From positions 1-25,512 of the forward strand of contig JBDRRF010000056.1 of the NCBI GenBank assembly GCA_043825875.1: DNA of 25,512 nucleotides. The letters run 5' to 3'. The position numbers were made by a program, and so were the translations under genes. The notes beneath the pieces are model-generated. The model worked only from the letters and a program-made list of their open reading frames with translations, was not told the DNA's origin and did no database searches. This document shows positions 1 through 9,784 of this stretch, in pieces. Every line of letters begins with the position of its first letter. Within the stretch, counting starts at the first letter, position 1. Source of the stretch: Pseudomonadota bacterium (GTDB lineage Bacteria; Desulfobacterota; Desulfobacteria; Desulfobacterales; RPRI01).

Positions 1-1
1 G

Positions 2-1729
2 AAAATCTATAACAATACATTTGCAGATCTTAATTATGCTATGATCCTTGGAATTACTCATGACATCTCTGGCAACGAATTTAAAAACAATATAGTATAT
101 AATGTTGATGGCACCCCAGGATATACAGGATGTACAAGAGGTTATAATGCCTCGGACGAAACAATTTCAGGAGACAGCCACTTAAAATACTTAACAAGTG
201 ATCCTTTTGTAGATTCTACAAATTACGATTATCATATAGTGCTCAGTAATGCTATAGATAATGGTACTGCTTTAGGTTATCCTTATAACTCAGATATGGA
301 TGGTCTAAGCCGCCCTCAAGGATCTACTTGGGATATTGGCGCTTATGAATATAAAGCTCCGATAGTTAGTGTTTCAGCGGATGCAAAAGATTTTGGAAGT
401 ATTACTATTGGCTCGGAAACAAGCTCAGAAATATTCACAGTTTCAAATGACATAAGTGGTGGTTATTTTTATATCAACTCTGTTACACTTACAGGTGACA
501 ATCCTGACCAATTCTTATTTCAAAACGATTCCTGCTCAGGACGAACCATAGCACCAGGCGGAAACTGCACCTTTACGGCAAAATTTCTCCCTACATATGA
601 AGGTGAACATTCTGCAGATATTGATATTAAATATGATGTTGTTACTAAAACCATAGCACTAAGCGGAGAAGGAGTTGAACCAGATATCCCTTATATGTCA
701 ATTTCACCTACTTCGATATCTTTCTCAAATGTTAATACAAATTCCACATCTGCAGCGCAGACAGTTACCATTGAAAACATCGGTAATGAAGCACTCAACG
801 TAAGCAGTATATACAACACAGGAGGAAATGATACTCTGTTTAATATAGTAGATGACGGATGCAGCGCGGGACGGGATATAACAAAGTTCAGTACTTGTAC
901 ATTCGGTGTAACATTTGCGCCGACAACAGGAGGAGAAAAAGAAACAACTCTTACTATCATATCCAATGCCGGCAATTCTCCCTATGAGATACCTTTATCC
1001 GGTAACGGAACTTCAGCCACAAGAGTAACCTCGACCAATTCAACTGTTTCAGAATATACAGTCTCCAATTCAGCATCAGGCAGCCCTTCGGATTATACTA
1101 CCCAATCGCTTACAAGTTATACGTTAACAGGTGTAAGCGGCAGTGCCAATGTCAGTATTACCTATCCTTCTTTACCGGCAAGTCCTGTATTCTATAAAGT
1201 TGTGAGCGGTATGTGGAAAACAATATATCCCACAAATGCTACCTCCGGAATTACAGGCGTTACATTAAGCGGCTTAACTCTTAGCTATACCATTGCAGAC
1301 AACTCCGATTGCGATAGCGATGGAACGACGGGCACCATCACCGACCCGGTAGCCGTAGGCGCTGTAACAACTGCAAGTACAGTTAGTAGTGGCGGGGGTG
1401 GCGGAGGTGGCGGAGGTGGATGCTTTATAGCAACAGCCGCATACGGATCAAGTCTTGATAAACATATAGTAGTACTAAAAAACTTTAGAGATAATTATTT
1501 GTTAACGAATTATTTTGGCAGGGTATTTGTAAATTTCTATTACCGCAACTCACCACCTGTTGCAAATTTCATCCGCAGACATGAAATAGCAAGAGCCGCA
1601 ACAAGATTTGCGCTTGCACCGGCTGTCTACTCCATGAAATATCCGCATGTGTTTGTGGCAATTACATTGATACTGTCCAGCTATATTATAATGCTGTATA
1701 GAAGAAAAAAAGGGAGAAACCTTCATTAA
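2..1729 (+). CDS. Large secreted/surface protein, 5'-truncated by the window: end of a parallel beta-helix region, choice-of-anchor Q-like motif, two Ig-like (choice-of-anchor D/ASH-like) repeats, choice-of-anchor U-like segment, poly-Gly linker, CFI-box-CTERM tail
   Basis: The frame is open from base 2 ([14 protein letters not shown]...), so the ATG at 41 is probably internal. Motifs: [20 protein letters not shown]; two repeats with F-G/S...C.F...F.PT..G...[25 protein letters not shown]10[10 protein letters not shown]...FRDNYL...[10 protein letters not shown], then a TM helix and RRKK. Confidence 0.85.
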   Translation, partial: KIYNNTFADLNYAMILGITHDISGNEFKNNIVYNVDGTPGYTGCTRGYNASDETISGDSHLKYLTSDPFVDSTNYDYHIVLSNAIDNGTALGYPYNSDMDGLSRPQGSTWDIGAYEYKAPIVSVSADAKDFGSITIGSETSSEIFTVSNDISGGYFYINSVTLTGDNPDQFLFQNDSCSGRTIAPGGNCTFTAKFLPTYEGEHSADIDIKYDVVTKTIALSGEGVEPDIPYMSISPTSISFSNVNTNSTSAAQTVTIENIGNEALNVSSIYNTGGNDTLFNIVDDGCSAGRDITKFSTCTFGVTFAPTTGGEKETTLTIISNAGNSPYEIPLSGNGTSATRVTSTNSTVSEYTVSNSASGSPSDYTTQSLTSYTLTGVSGSANVSITYPSLPASPVFYKVVSGMWKTIYPTNATSGITGVTLSGLTLSYTIADNSDCDSDGTTGTITDPVAVGAVTTASTVSSGGGGGGGGGGCFIATAAYGSSLDKHIVVLKNFRDNYLLTNYFGRVFVNFYYRNSPPVANFIRRHEIARAATRFALAPAVYSMKYPHVFVAITLILSSYIIMLYRRKKGRNLH

Positions 1730-1830
1730 AGCATGGATTTCCTCGACATCTAATTATCACTCTGCCTTCTTAATCGCTGACAGTATTTAAAAGACTGAAC
1801 CGCTTTCTTATACATAGACTCGAATTACAA

Positions 1831-2994
1831 ATGCAAATCAGAACAATAAGAACTAAACAAGAACTAGAAGCTGTGCGTACTTGTTGGGAAGAGTGGCAAA
1901 ACCATCCCAACAATGATTTTGACCACTTCCAGCTTGTTTGTTATCTGCGTGATGAGGTTCTGGGCCCTCACGTCATTGTTGTGGAACGCGATGGCAGGCC
2001 GTGCGCATTGCTTGCTGCACGACTGGAACTTACTCATTTTGTTCCTGCGATTGGTTATTTTAAGCCGATCCGGATACCTGTCACGGTGTTAACAGTAATT
2101 CACGAAGGATTGCTCGGTCAAGTCGACGAAGAAATCGGAGAAGAACTGGTCAGGCATGTGAAGTCCTTTTTATCCTCAGGAGCTGCTGATGCTGCGGTTT
2201 TCCATCATCTTCCCCAAGATTCACCGCTGCTGAAGGCTTTACTGATCCATAAACCGCAATCGTTGACTGAGAAAAAGCCCATATGCTCTACCCACTGGTC
2301 TATGGAGATATCGGAAGAGCAGGGCTTTTTACTAAAAAATCTGAAATCCAAACATCGCTCATGGATTCGCGGAAGAGAAAAAAAACTGAATTCTGCTTTT
2401 CAAGGTAAGGTGTCCTGGCAATGGATGAATCAAATTGATGACCTGCCAAATTTGTGTTCCCAGCTTGAGGAAGTGGCGGCTCATACCTACCAGCGAGGAT
2501 TAGGGTCTGGTTTTATAAACAATGAAGAACACCGGCAACGATTTTCCCTATTTGCAAACCGCGGCCAGTTGCGCGTTCAAGTTCTGAAGATAGATGGGAA
2601 AATCCGAGCCTTCTGGATTGGGACTGTTTACCGTGGCGTTTTCCATTCTTCAGAAACAGGTTATGATTCGGATCTGAGAAATTATGAACCCGGAACTTTG
2701 ATTTTTTTGCGTATGGTAGATGCATTGGCAAATGAAGGAATAAAGAAACTTGATTTTGGACTTGGAGATGCATATTACAAACAGCGGTTCGGAGATAGAT
2801 CCTGGCAACAAGCAACGATACGCCTGTTTGCCACAAGCATAAAAGGCCTTGCACTCAAAACCACTATGGGTCTCTTTGGCACTTTGGATAGTACTGCCCG
2901 TAGTCTGCTGCAAAAATCTGGCTTGGTAGACAGAGTGAAGACCGGATGGCGACGGCGTGTGGCATCAAGGAAAACAGTTAACGACGATAAATAA
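1831..2994 (+). CDS. GNAT-family acyltransferase, CelD/BcsL-like, polysaccharide locus
   Basis: 387-aa ORF with C-terminal GYDSDLRNYEPGTLIF...LDFGLGDAYYKQRF, typical of the Acetyltransf_6/CelD family. Confidence 0.8.
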   Translation: MQIRTIRTKQELEAVRTCWEEWQNHPNNDFDHFQLVCYLRDEVLGPHVIVVERDGRPCALLAARLELTHFVPAIGYFKPIRIPVTVLTVIHEGLLGQVDEEIGEELVRHVKSFLSSGAADAAVFHHLPQDSPLLKALLIHKPQSLTEKKPICSTHWSMEISEEQGFLLKNLKSKHRSWIRGREKKLNSAFQGKVSWQWMNQIDDLPNLCSQLEEVAAHTYQRGLGSGFINNEEHRQRFSLFANRGQLRVQVLKIDGKIRAFWIGTVYRGVFHSSETGYDSDLRNYEPGTLIFLRMVDALANEGIKKLDFGLGDAYYKQRFGDRSWQQATIRLFATSIKGLALKTTMGLFGTLDSTARSLLQKSGLVDRVKTGWRRRVASRKTVNDDK

Positions 2995-4248
2995 ATGAAA
3001 ATTAAAACAATAGCAGATATAGTATCCTGGCGCCTTTGTGTGGGTTGTGGTGCATGTGCGTATATTTGCAAAAACAATTACATCGAACTCAGAGATATCA
3101 TAGATCATGGAATAAGACCCATTCTATCTACGGACCAATGTGGAACATGTTCAGATTGTCTGCAAGTTTGTCCGGGTTATTCAACACCTATCCTTGGTAA
3201 TAATGAAGCAACGGAAAGCACTCATAATTCAAGCGAAAAAGGCTGGGGGCCTGTTATCGAAATATGGGAAGGCTACGCAAACGATAGTGAAGTTCGTTAT
3301 AATGGATCTTCAGGTGGCGCAGCAACTGCGATAGCTTTATACTGTCTTGAAAAGAAAGAAATGCACGGGGTCTTGCATATTGGTAGTAATGAAAAGGACC
3401 CTTTGAAAAATGATGTTTTTTTAAGTAAAAATCGATCAGATATATTATCCAGAACAGGTTCCAGGTATTCCCCGGCTTCTCCTTGTTCCGGCTTGGATAA
3501 GATTGAATCTGCTCCTTCTCCTTGTGTATTTATCGGTAAGCCATGTGATGTTGCGGCAAACCGTATGGCATGCTCGATAAGACCGGAACTCAAAGATAAA
3601 ACCGGAATATCCATAGGAATTTTCTGCGCTGGTACCCCTTCGAGCAGAGGTCTGCTCGATTTGTTGAGGGAAAAGAACATAAATCGCAACACAGTTAAGG
3701 ATGTCAGGTATAGAGGTAAAGGTTGGCCTGGAATGTTTAAAGTAGAGTCAAACCGTTCCCAAAATCCATTTCAAAAAATGACATATATGGAAGCATGGGG
3801 ATTCTTACAAAAATACCGGCCTTACCGGTGCTATCTATGTCCGGATGGCACTGCTGCCTATGCAGATATCTCTTGTGGCGATCCATGGTATCGAACAATA
3901 CAGGAAAATGAGCCCGGTTATTCGCTTGTTATTGTGAGAACTGCAAAAGGCAAAGAAATTCTTAAAGGTGCAATTGAGGCTGGTTATTTATCGATGGAAC
4001 GTATAGATATTCAAAAATTAATAGACTCCCAAGAAGGGTTACTACGGAAAAGAAAAGAAGTATGGGGCAGATTCTTGATGATGAAAATGTTTGGTCTCCC
4101 GACTCCTCAATACCCAGAATTCTTTCTTTTTCAGCAATGGGTTGCTTCATCAACCAGTCAAAAACTTCGCTCGCTTTTGGGTACCTTACGCAGAATTATT
4201 CAGCGTAAATATTTTTTACCTTTCAATACTAATAAAGAAAATAATTAA
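2995..4248 (+). CDS. Coenzyme F420 hydrogenase/dehydrogenase beta-subunit (FrhB/FdhB)-like protein with N-terminal 4Fe-4S ferredoxin domain
   Basis: CVGCGACAYIC and CGTCSDCLQVCP; SSGGAATA, GSRYSP, FIGKPCDV, IGIFCAG, RCYLCPD, ADISCGDPW. ATG directly follows the upstream stop (TAAATG). Confidence 0.85.
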   Translation: MKIKTIADIVSWRLCVGCGACAYICKNNYIELRDIIDHGIRPILSTDQCGTCSDCLQVCPGYSTPILGNNEATESTHNSSEKGWGPVIEIWEGYANDSEVRYNGSSGGAATAIALYCLEKKEMHGVLHIGSNEKDPLKNDVFLSKNRSDILSRTGSRYSPASPCSGLDKIESAPSPCVFIGKPCDVAANRMACSIRPELKDKTGISIGIFCAGTPSSRGLLDLLREKNINRNTVKDVRYRGKGWPGMFKVESNRSQNPFQKMTYMEAWGFLQKYRPYRCYLCPDGTAAYADISCGDPWYRTIQENEPGYSLVIVRTAKGKEILKGAIEAGYLSMERIDIQKLIDSQEGLLRKRKEVWGRFLMMKMFGLPTPQYPEFFLFQQWVASSTSQKLRSLLGTLRRIIQRKYFLPFNTNKENN

Positions 4249-4276
4249 TCTTGCTTAAACCACCTGTATTTTACAC

Positions 4277-5752
4277 ATGATTCGAGAGTTCCGACAGCAC
4301 GTCACAGATATAATAAGAAGCCACTTTGCTGGCAATACTCTTAAGGGTAAAGTAGCTAGTAGCGCTGTTTGGTTAGCCACTGCTAATGGCACAGGGAATG
4401 CCCTCAGGCTATTGCGCAACATGATACTTGCACGCCTGCTTGCACCTGAAGCATTTGGTATAATGGCCACTGTCATAGCTTCTGTTTCTGTAATGGAGGC
4501 ATTTGCAGAAGTTGGTCTAAAGCAATCAGTTATTCAAAACAAGAAAGGTGCGGATAAAGGATATCTTAATATCACTTGGTGGCTGACATCATTACGGGGG
4601 ATATCTCTCTATACCATTGCTTTTTTTGCCGCACCTCTGATAAGTCAATTCTTTAATAAACCGGATTCAGAGATATTCCTTCGTGTCGGTTTCCTGGCCA
4701 TATTGTTGAATGGATTAATAAGCCCTAAACTTCATGTTTTGCAAAAGAATTTGAAGTTTGCAAAATGGATCCTTGTTATGGATGGTGCTGGTGTTTTAGG
4801 TGTAACATTTACAATCATACTTGCTTTTTATATACAAAGTGTCTGGGCTTTAGTGTTTGGTTATACAGCAGAAGCTTTACTGCGGTTGCTTCTATCTTTT
4901 ATTGTTTGTCCTTTTAAACCACATTTTTCATTCGATAAATCATATCTTTCAGATATTCTGAAGTTCTCAAAGCAAATGTTTGGTTTGCCCATTTTAATGA
5001 TGTTTTTTATTCAATCCAGCGTATTTGTTATAGGGCGGGTATTATCGCTGGAAGAACTGGGAATGTTTACTTTAGCAAGGAGCTTGGCTGAAATACCAAG
5101 CACTTTGTATTCAAGAATCATTTCACCTGTTCTTTTGCCAACTCTCTCTAACATACAGGACAATAAAGAAAAACTTAACAGTATTTTATTAAAAATTAAT
5201 AAACTAACAGCTACTTTAGGAATACCATTTATCACCTTTTTTATAGTCTTTTCGAAACCCCTGCTAAGCCTGGTTTATGGCCATAATTATTCTGACGTAT
5301 CAACCCCGTTTAGTATATTATGTATTTACACATATATTTTTATTTGTTCGGCACCTATTGTGACTATGTACATTGCAACTGGGAAACCCGGCATTCATCG
5401 CAACGCATCGGCTTTGAAAACCATACTATTACTTATCTTGATTTATCCCGTAACAAAAATTTTCGGGTTAATTGGTGCTTCCTTTGCTATTTTGTTAGCA
5501 ATGTGTTCAGGATTCTTAGTGCAGATCGTATATGCACATAAATTAATAGATTTTCGGGTAAATTTATACATAAAAGGTTGGTCTATAGGAGCAGCTTCAT
5601 CATTAATCGTGATGCTGCCAGGAGTTATTATAATTAATTTTACTAAGCTATCTGATCTATCCACTATTTGCATTGGTACTATTTTGTTTTTGACAGCTTG
5701 GATAGTTGGTATTGCATATTTGGGTTCTTTTGCAGGAAAGGACAGGCGTTGA
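4277..5752 (+). CDS. Wzx-like oligosaccharide flippase (PST/MOP family)
   Basis: Many TM segments; LARLLAPEAFG and E/D-xGLxQSVIQ motifs of WzxC-like flippases. Confidence 0.85.
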   Translation: MIREFRQHVTDIIRSHFAGNTLKGKVASSAVWLATANGTGNALRLLRNMILARLLAPEAFGIMATVIASVSVMEAFAEVGLKQSVIQNKKGADKGYLNITWWLTSLRGISLYTIAFFAAPLISQFFNKPDSEIFLRVGFLAILLNGLISPKLHVLQKNLKFAKWILVMDGAGVLGVTFTIILAFYIQSVWALVFGYTAEALLRLLLSFIVCPFKPHFSFDKSYLSDILKFSKQMFGLPILMMFFIQSSVFVIGRVLSLEELGMFTLARSLAEIPSTLYSRIISPVLLPTLSNIQDNKEKLNSILLKINKLTATLGIPFITFFIVFSKPLLSLVYGHNYSDVSTPFSILCIYTYIFICSAPIVTMYIATGKPGIHRNASALKTILLLILIYPVTKIFGLIGASFAILLAMCSGFLVQIVYAHKLIDFRVNLYIKGWSIGAASSLIVMLPGVIIINFTKLSDLSTICIGTILFLTAWIVGIAYLGSFAGKDRR

Positions 5753-5800
5753 GTCTGATGCCCCCAAAATACATGTTCACCAGAGAAGGGAAGTTTATTG

Positions 5801-6442
5801 ATGATAGCATACAGAGATCGGAGGTTTCTTGACATCTTTCTTTTTACGCTTTACAGATTCAACAATCGACTTACAAGAAATGCTATTCTGAAGCTGATAT
5901 TGAGGCGAAAGGGAGCGGGATTTTACTCGAAGACATTGCGCAAATTGCTTTCGAAATATCATAAAGTCGAGATAGGAATGTATTCGCGAGGTGCATTTTG
6001 GGCAGATTTACCTCCCGGCACGATAGTTGGCCACTATTGTTCTTTGGCTAAAGGCCTTGTTGTGGTTAACGGAAGTCACCCCGTCAAGAACAAATCGACC
6101 CATGCCTTTTTTTTTAACCCTGATTTGGGATACGCCGACAGTCTCTTGATCGAGCGACGAAAAAGCCTGAATATTGGCCATGACGTTTACATGGGGTTGA
6201 ATGTAACACTACTCCCCAATGTAACATCGATTGGGACAGGGGCAGTTATTGCGGCAGGTAGTGTGGTAACAAAAGATGTGCCTCCCTATGCAATAGTAGG
6301 AGGTAATCCGGCAAAGATCATAAAATACCGTTTTTCTGAGGAAAAAATTAATGAGCTAATTCAATCTGCATGGTGGGATAAGAGTATTGAAGAACTAAAA
6401 GAAAATCAATTTGAATCATTTATTAAGCCTTTTGACATCTGA
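5801..6442 (+). CDS. Hexapeptide-repeat O-acetyltransferase (CatB/XAT-like)
   Basis: IGHDVYMG...IGTGAVIAAGSVVTKDVPPYAIVGGNPAKIIKYRF...WWD. ATG at 5801 (TTG at 5798 is an alternative) after GAAGGG. Confidence 0.85.
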   Translation: MIAYRDRRFLDIFLFTLYRFNNRLTRNAILKLILRRKGAGFYSKTLRKLLSKYHKVEIGMYSRGAFWADLPPGTIVGHYCSLAKGLVVVNGSHPVKNKSTHAFFFNPDLGYADSLLIERRKSLNIGHDVYMGLNVTLLPNVTSIGTGAVIAAGSVVTKDVPPYAIVGGNPAKIIKYRFSEEKINELIQSAWWDKSIEELKENQFESFIKPFDI

Positions 6443-6481
6443 CTTATTTTCACCATTTTTAGCTTAAAGCTGATTTCGGTA

Positions 6482-6712
6482 ATTAGAAATAAATATTCGC
6501 AAACTAATTTTGCCGGAAAAGCGTTTTTGAACTTATATTACAAATATTCCCCCCCTGCCGCAGATTTCATCCGCAAACATGACACTGCAAGAACCGCAAC
6601 ACGAATTGCCCTTACCCCAATTGTCTATAGCGTTCAATATCCGTATCTTCTGCTTCTGCTTTTAATACTTCCAACGCTCATTCTTATAAAAAGAAGAAAG
6701 ACTATAATTTAG
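6482..6712 (+). pseudogene. Orphan 3' remnant of a CFI-box-CTERM sorting tail
   Basis: [60 protein letters not shown] aligns with the tail of the first CDS ([54 protein letters not shown]). It lacks [10 protein letters not shown] and any upstream domain. Confidence 0.75.
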
Positions 6713-7035
6713 ACAGGATCAACAAGATGTACAGGATTTTGCCTACGGCAAGTGGAACAAGAGAAAACACAAAACTCATGAATCATTAGCCGCCGACTAA
6801 CGCGCAGACAAACGCAGAAAGAGATTTGATTAACATTCAAATAAAACTTACCTGCAATAGCAGCATGTCAGCATTTTAAGAATTTTTCCTCTCAAAAATT
6901 TCTTAAAAAAACTCTGTGACTCTGAGAACTCTGTGAGAGATTTAAAAGATACAAGGCACAAGTTTATACACTTTATGGTTATCGATTTACTGTCAACTGG
7001 TAACCGGAAACTGAAAACCGACACAATCCTGTCTG
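6708..7035. repeat. Scaffold repeat A: complete unit bounded by AGACAGGAT...ATCCTGTCT inverted ends; left bracket of the TA array
   Basis: AGACAGGAT at 6711-6719 and ATCCTGTCT at 7026-7034; near-identical direct repeat at 13505-13815. Confidence 0.85.
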
Positions 7036-7127
7036 ATAAATTTTCGTTTGATACCTTTAAGTTGACATATTGCTTGATTATTAATAATAATAACTCAAAA
7101 AGATAGGTATCTATCATGGAGATTAAT

Positions 7128-7385
7128 ATGCTAACACAAACTTTAAATATTAATGAATTCAAGACTCAACTTTCACAGTTGTTAGAAGAGGTTGCAACTG
7201 GTTCGGAGGTAATTATCTCTAAAAGAGGCAAGCCAATAGCTCGGCTTTCGAGAATCGAAGGCGGTAAACCTAAAATCCGATTTGGCGTTCTCAAGGGCAA
7301 GGTCAAAGTGGCTGATGATTTTGACGCACCACTGCCCAACGAAATCCTCTCTGAATTCGAGGATAAAAATGCAGCTCCTGCTTGA
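7128..7385 (+). CDS. TA1 antitoxin, Phd/YefM family
   Basis: NINEFKTQLSQLLEEVATGSEVIISKRGKPIARL; GGAG RBS before ATG 7128 (7116 is an alternative). Confidence 0.85.
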   Translation: MLTQTLNINEFKTQLSQLLEEVATGSEVIISKRGKPIARLSRIEGGKPKIRFGVLKGKVKVADDFDAPLPNEILSEFEDKNAAPA

Positions 7386-7746
7386 TACGCAGATTTTTAT
7401 TTGGCCTGTTATGGACAGTAAAAAGCTTGGAACAGAAGCTCGGCAGATTATACTCAATGCCGTCAAAGTTTTTGTTTCAGCAGCCTCAGTCTGGGAAATT
7501 GCAATCAAGACAAAAATAGGCAAATTGGAAGGCGAGCCGAAAGAGTTTGCAGCTGCAATTGCAAAAAGTGGATTCAGCGAGCTTCCCATCTCAGCCTATC
7601 ATGCTACTATGGTATATGAGTTACCTCTTTATCATCGGGACCCATTCGATCGGATGTTGATAGCTCAAGCCCTTGCCGAACCCCTTAGAATTTTGACTGC
7701 AGACAGGATGTTAAGCCAATATTCCGAGTTGGTAATCACAGTTTAA
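7369..7746 (+). CDS. vapC: TA1 toxin, PIN/VapC ribonuclease
   Basis: MQLLLDTQ...SAASVWEIAIK...HRDPFDRMLIAQA...LTAD; the start at 7369 overlaps the antitoxin end. Confidence 0.9.
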   Translation: MQLLLDTQIFIWPVMDSKKLGTEARQIILNAVKVFVSAASVWEIAIKTKIGKLEGEPKEFAAAIAKSGFSELPISAYHATMVYELPLYHRDPFDRMLIAQALAEPLRILTADRMLSQYSELVITV

Positions 7747-7752
7747 TCTAAC

Positions 7753-8077
7753 CCAACGCTTATTCTTATAAGAAGAAAAACTATAAATTAGACAGGATCA
7801 ACAGGATGGTCAGGTTTTTTTGTCTGCTGGCCAAGCCATTTCCTATGGCAAGTAGGTCAAGAGAAAGCACAAAACTCCTAAAGCATTAGCCGCCGACTAA
7901 CGCGCAGACAAACACAAACTTTATAATATCTGTGAACGTCCGCGGCTGTCCGCGGCAAATATGAAGTTAATTTTTCCCCTTCACCTGTCCGGATGCCGAT
8001 CAGACAATAAGCCATCACCTACGGCAAGGTTATTATAATAAAGTCTAAAGTGAAAGAAGTATTGACACATAAAACGA
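7753..8077. repeat. Scaffold repeat B, preceded by a copy of the last ~40 nt of the CFI remnant
   Basis: 7753-7800 resembles 6671-6720; AGACAGGAT at 7790; 7871-8077 is near-identical to 12475-12682. Confidence 0.85.
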
Positions 8078-8151
8078 TATACATTGACATATATCACATG
8101 GCTTGATAGATTTTTATCCGACATGATAAGATTTTACGAGGAGGTTGCGAG

Positions 8152-8397
8152 ATGAAGAGTGCAAGAACCATCATTACGATTTCGGAACAGGAAAAAAGAT
8201 GGCTGGCCGCATACAGTGGGCTCCACGGTGTTTCACTGGCGGAAGCCGTCCGCAGAGGCATCGCCTACCTGAAAGCAGCGGAAGGCGGTTCCTCATATCG
8301 GAAAATCGTGCAGAACACCGTTGGAATCTGGAACCGGGGCGACGCACTGCGCTACCAGGAAGATATCCGCTCTGAGTGGGAAAAACCTTCATGTTAG
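8152..8397 (+). CDS. TA2 antitoxin, probable ribbon-helix-helix/CopG-like
   Basis: RTIITISEQEKRWL...GVSLAEAVRRGI; C-terminal GIW...DALRYQEDIRSEW; AGGAGG RBS; lies directly upstream of a PIN gene. Confidence 0.75.
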   Translation: MKSARTIITISEQEKRWLAAYSGLHGVSLAEAVRRGIAYLKAAEGGSSYRKIVQNTVGIWNRGDALRYQEDIRSEWEKPSC

Positions 8398-8765
8398 AGA
8401 AGTTGCTCGATTCCGTCATCCTCATAGACCATCTCAACGGCATCCCACAGGCATCTGAATTTCTCCTCACACTGGATCCGGCGAAAACGGCCATATCAGT
8501 GGTCAGTTATGCTGAGATTCTGACGGGTCTGGATAAGGACGGGAAAAGGAAAGCTTTGCCGCTGCTGAATAGTTTCGAGATACTGGGAATCGATACCGCC
8601 GTGGCCGAGAAAGCTGCAACGCTCCGGCAGCAGCATGGTTGGAAGCTGCCAGACGCCTTTCAGGCTGCTATTGCTATACTTCACGGTATCAAGTTGTGTA
8701 CCCGCAACACCAAAGACTTCAATCCGCAGAAACACCCCTTTGTAGAAATTCCCTATTATCTTTAA
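8391..8765 (+). CDS. vapC: TA2 toxin, PIN/VapC
   Basis: LLDSVILID...SVVSYAEIL...WKLPDAFQAAIA...LCTRNTKDF. Confidence 0.9.
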   Translation: MLEKLLDSVILIDHLNGIPQASEFLLTLDPAKTAISVVSYAEILTGLDKDGKRKALPLLNSFEILGIDTAVAEKAATLRQQHGWKLPDAFQAAIAILHGIKLCTRNTKDFNPQKHPFVEIPYYL

Positions 8766-8782
8766 ATGAAAAAGCCAAGTTT

Positions 8783-9054
8783 TTTAGACAGGATCAACAG
8801 GATGTACAGAATATTTTACCTTTCGGCCGGAAGCCGGGCAGGCAATAAGCCATCGCCTGCGGCAAGTTGAACAAGAAAAAGCACAAAACTCATGAATCAT
8901 TAGCCGCCGACCGACGCAGACAAACACAAACTTTATAATATCTGCGAACGTCCGCGGCTGTCCGCGGCAAATATGAAATTATTTTTTTCCTCCCCTGCAT
9001 CGTTAAATTCCAAAGGACTATTAAACCGGGGTCAAAAAATTCTATAAAAAAACT
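8783..9054. repeat. Scaffold repeat C
   Basis: AGACAGGAT at 8786; GCCTGCGGCAA and TTAGCCGCCGAC...GTCCGCGGC modules; 8911-9054 is repeated at 9596-9737. Confidence 0.85.
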
Positions 9055-9154
9055 TTTTGCCTTTTTTGAAAGATGGCATCATATTAACTATATGTAAGAC
9101 ATTGTTTTTACCAAGATCGCTAATCCATCATAAAGTTGTAGGAAAGGAGTCGCT

Positions 9155-9391
9155 ATGACAACTTATAATACAATAGAAGCGGTTGTTAAAGAAGGAGTAA
9201 TTTATCCTCTGGACCCAAAGAAATTACCGAGAGAAGGTAAGCTGCTCTTGATAGTCCTTGACGAAAAGAACATTCAACCTGATATTGAAAAAATAAGAAA
9301 TTTACTTGGATGGTTAAAAACTGATGCGGACTCGGTTAAATGGCAGCAACAGATCAGGTCAGAATGGGATAAACGTCTATGCGACATTTAA
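9155..9391 (+). CDS. TA3 antitoxin, AF2212/DUF104-like
   Basis: TIEAVVKEGVIYPLDPKKLPREG N-terminus, DSVKWQQQIRSEW C-terminus; AAGGAG RBS; overlaps the PIN gene. Confidence 0.7.
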   Translation: MTTYNTIEAVVKEGVIYPLDPKKLPREGKLLLIVLDEKNIQPDIEKIRNLLGWLKTDADSVKWQQQIRSEWDKRLCDI

Positions 9392-9588
9392 TAGACACTA
9401 ATGTGTGGATAGACGCTTTATCAGGCAAACTTGCCGCTTCAACTTTTTTAAAATTTTCTGTTCAAGCAAGTTGGGCGGGATACTCCGCCATTACAAGGCT
9501 TGAACTGTTAGGCTATCCGGGCCTTAAGCATGAGGAAGATTTCAAAGGTATTGTCGGTTTGGATATTGTTGATCCACATACAATATGA
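9379..9588 (+). pseudogene. TA3 PIN toxin with an in-frame internal deletion
   Basis: The N-terminal LIDTNVWID...SAITRLELLGYP joins directly to the C-terminal DFKGIVGLDIVDP; 69 aa against 124-140 aa for the neighbouring PIN toxins. Confidence 0.8.
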
Positions 9589-9595
9589 GATCCAA

Positions 9596-9756
9596 CCAAC
9601 ACAGACAAACACAAACTCTATAATATCTGCGAACGTCCGTGGCTGTCTGCGGCAAATATGAAGTTAAATTTTTCCCCTGCACCGTTAAATTCCAAAGGAC
9701 CATTAAACCGGAGTCAAAAAATTCTATAAAAATAACTCTGTGTACTCCGTGAGAGA
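9596..9756. repeat. Scaffold repeat D (internal fragment)
   Basis: Direct repeat of 8911-9054, continuing into the CTCTGTG...GTGAGAGA module. Confidence 0.85.
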
Positions 9757-9784
9757 CAAGTAAAAGTACAAGGAGATTTGTAAA

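Noticed and set aside
1391..1420. GGN tract as a phase-variation repeat
   Set aside because: It encodes the usual poly-Gly linker before the CFI motif, with mixed codons and in-frame units.
6440..6712. Stop-codon read-through fusing the acetyltransferase to the in-frame CFI tail
   Set aside because: The frame is continuous after the TGA, but frame agreement has a 1-in-3 chance, the enzyme is cytoplasmic, the CFI motif is missing and no recoding signal was recognised.
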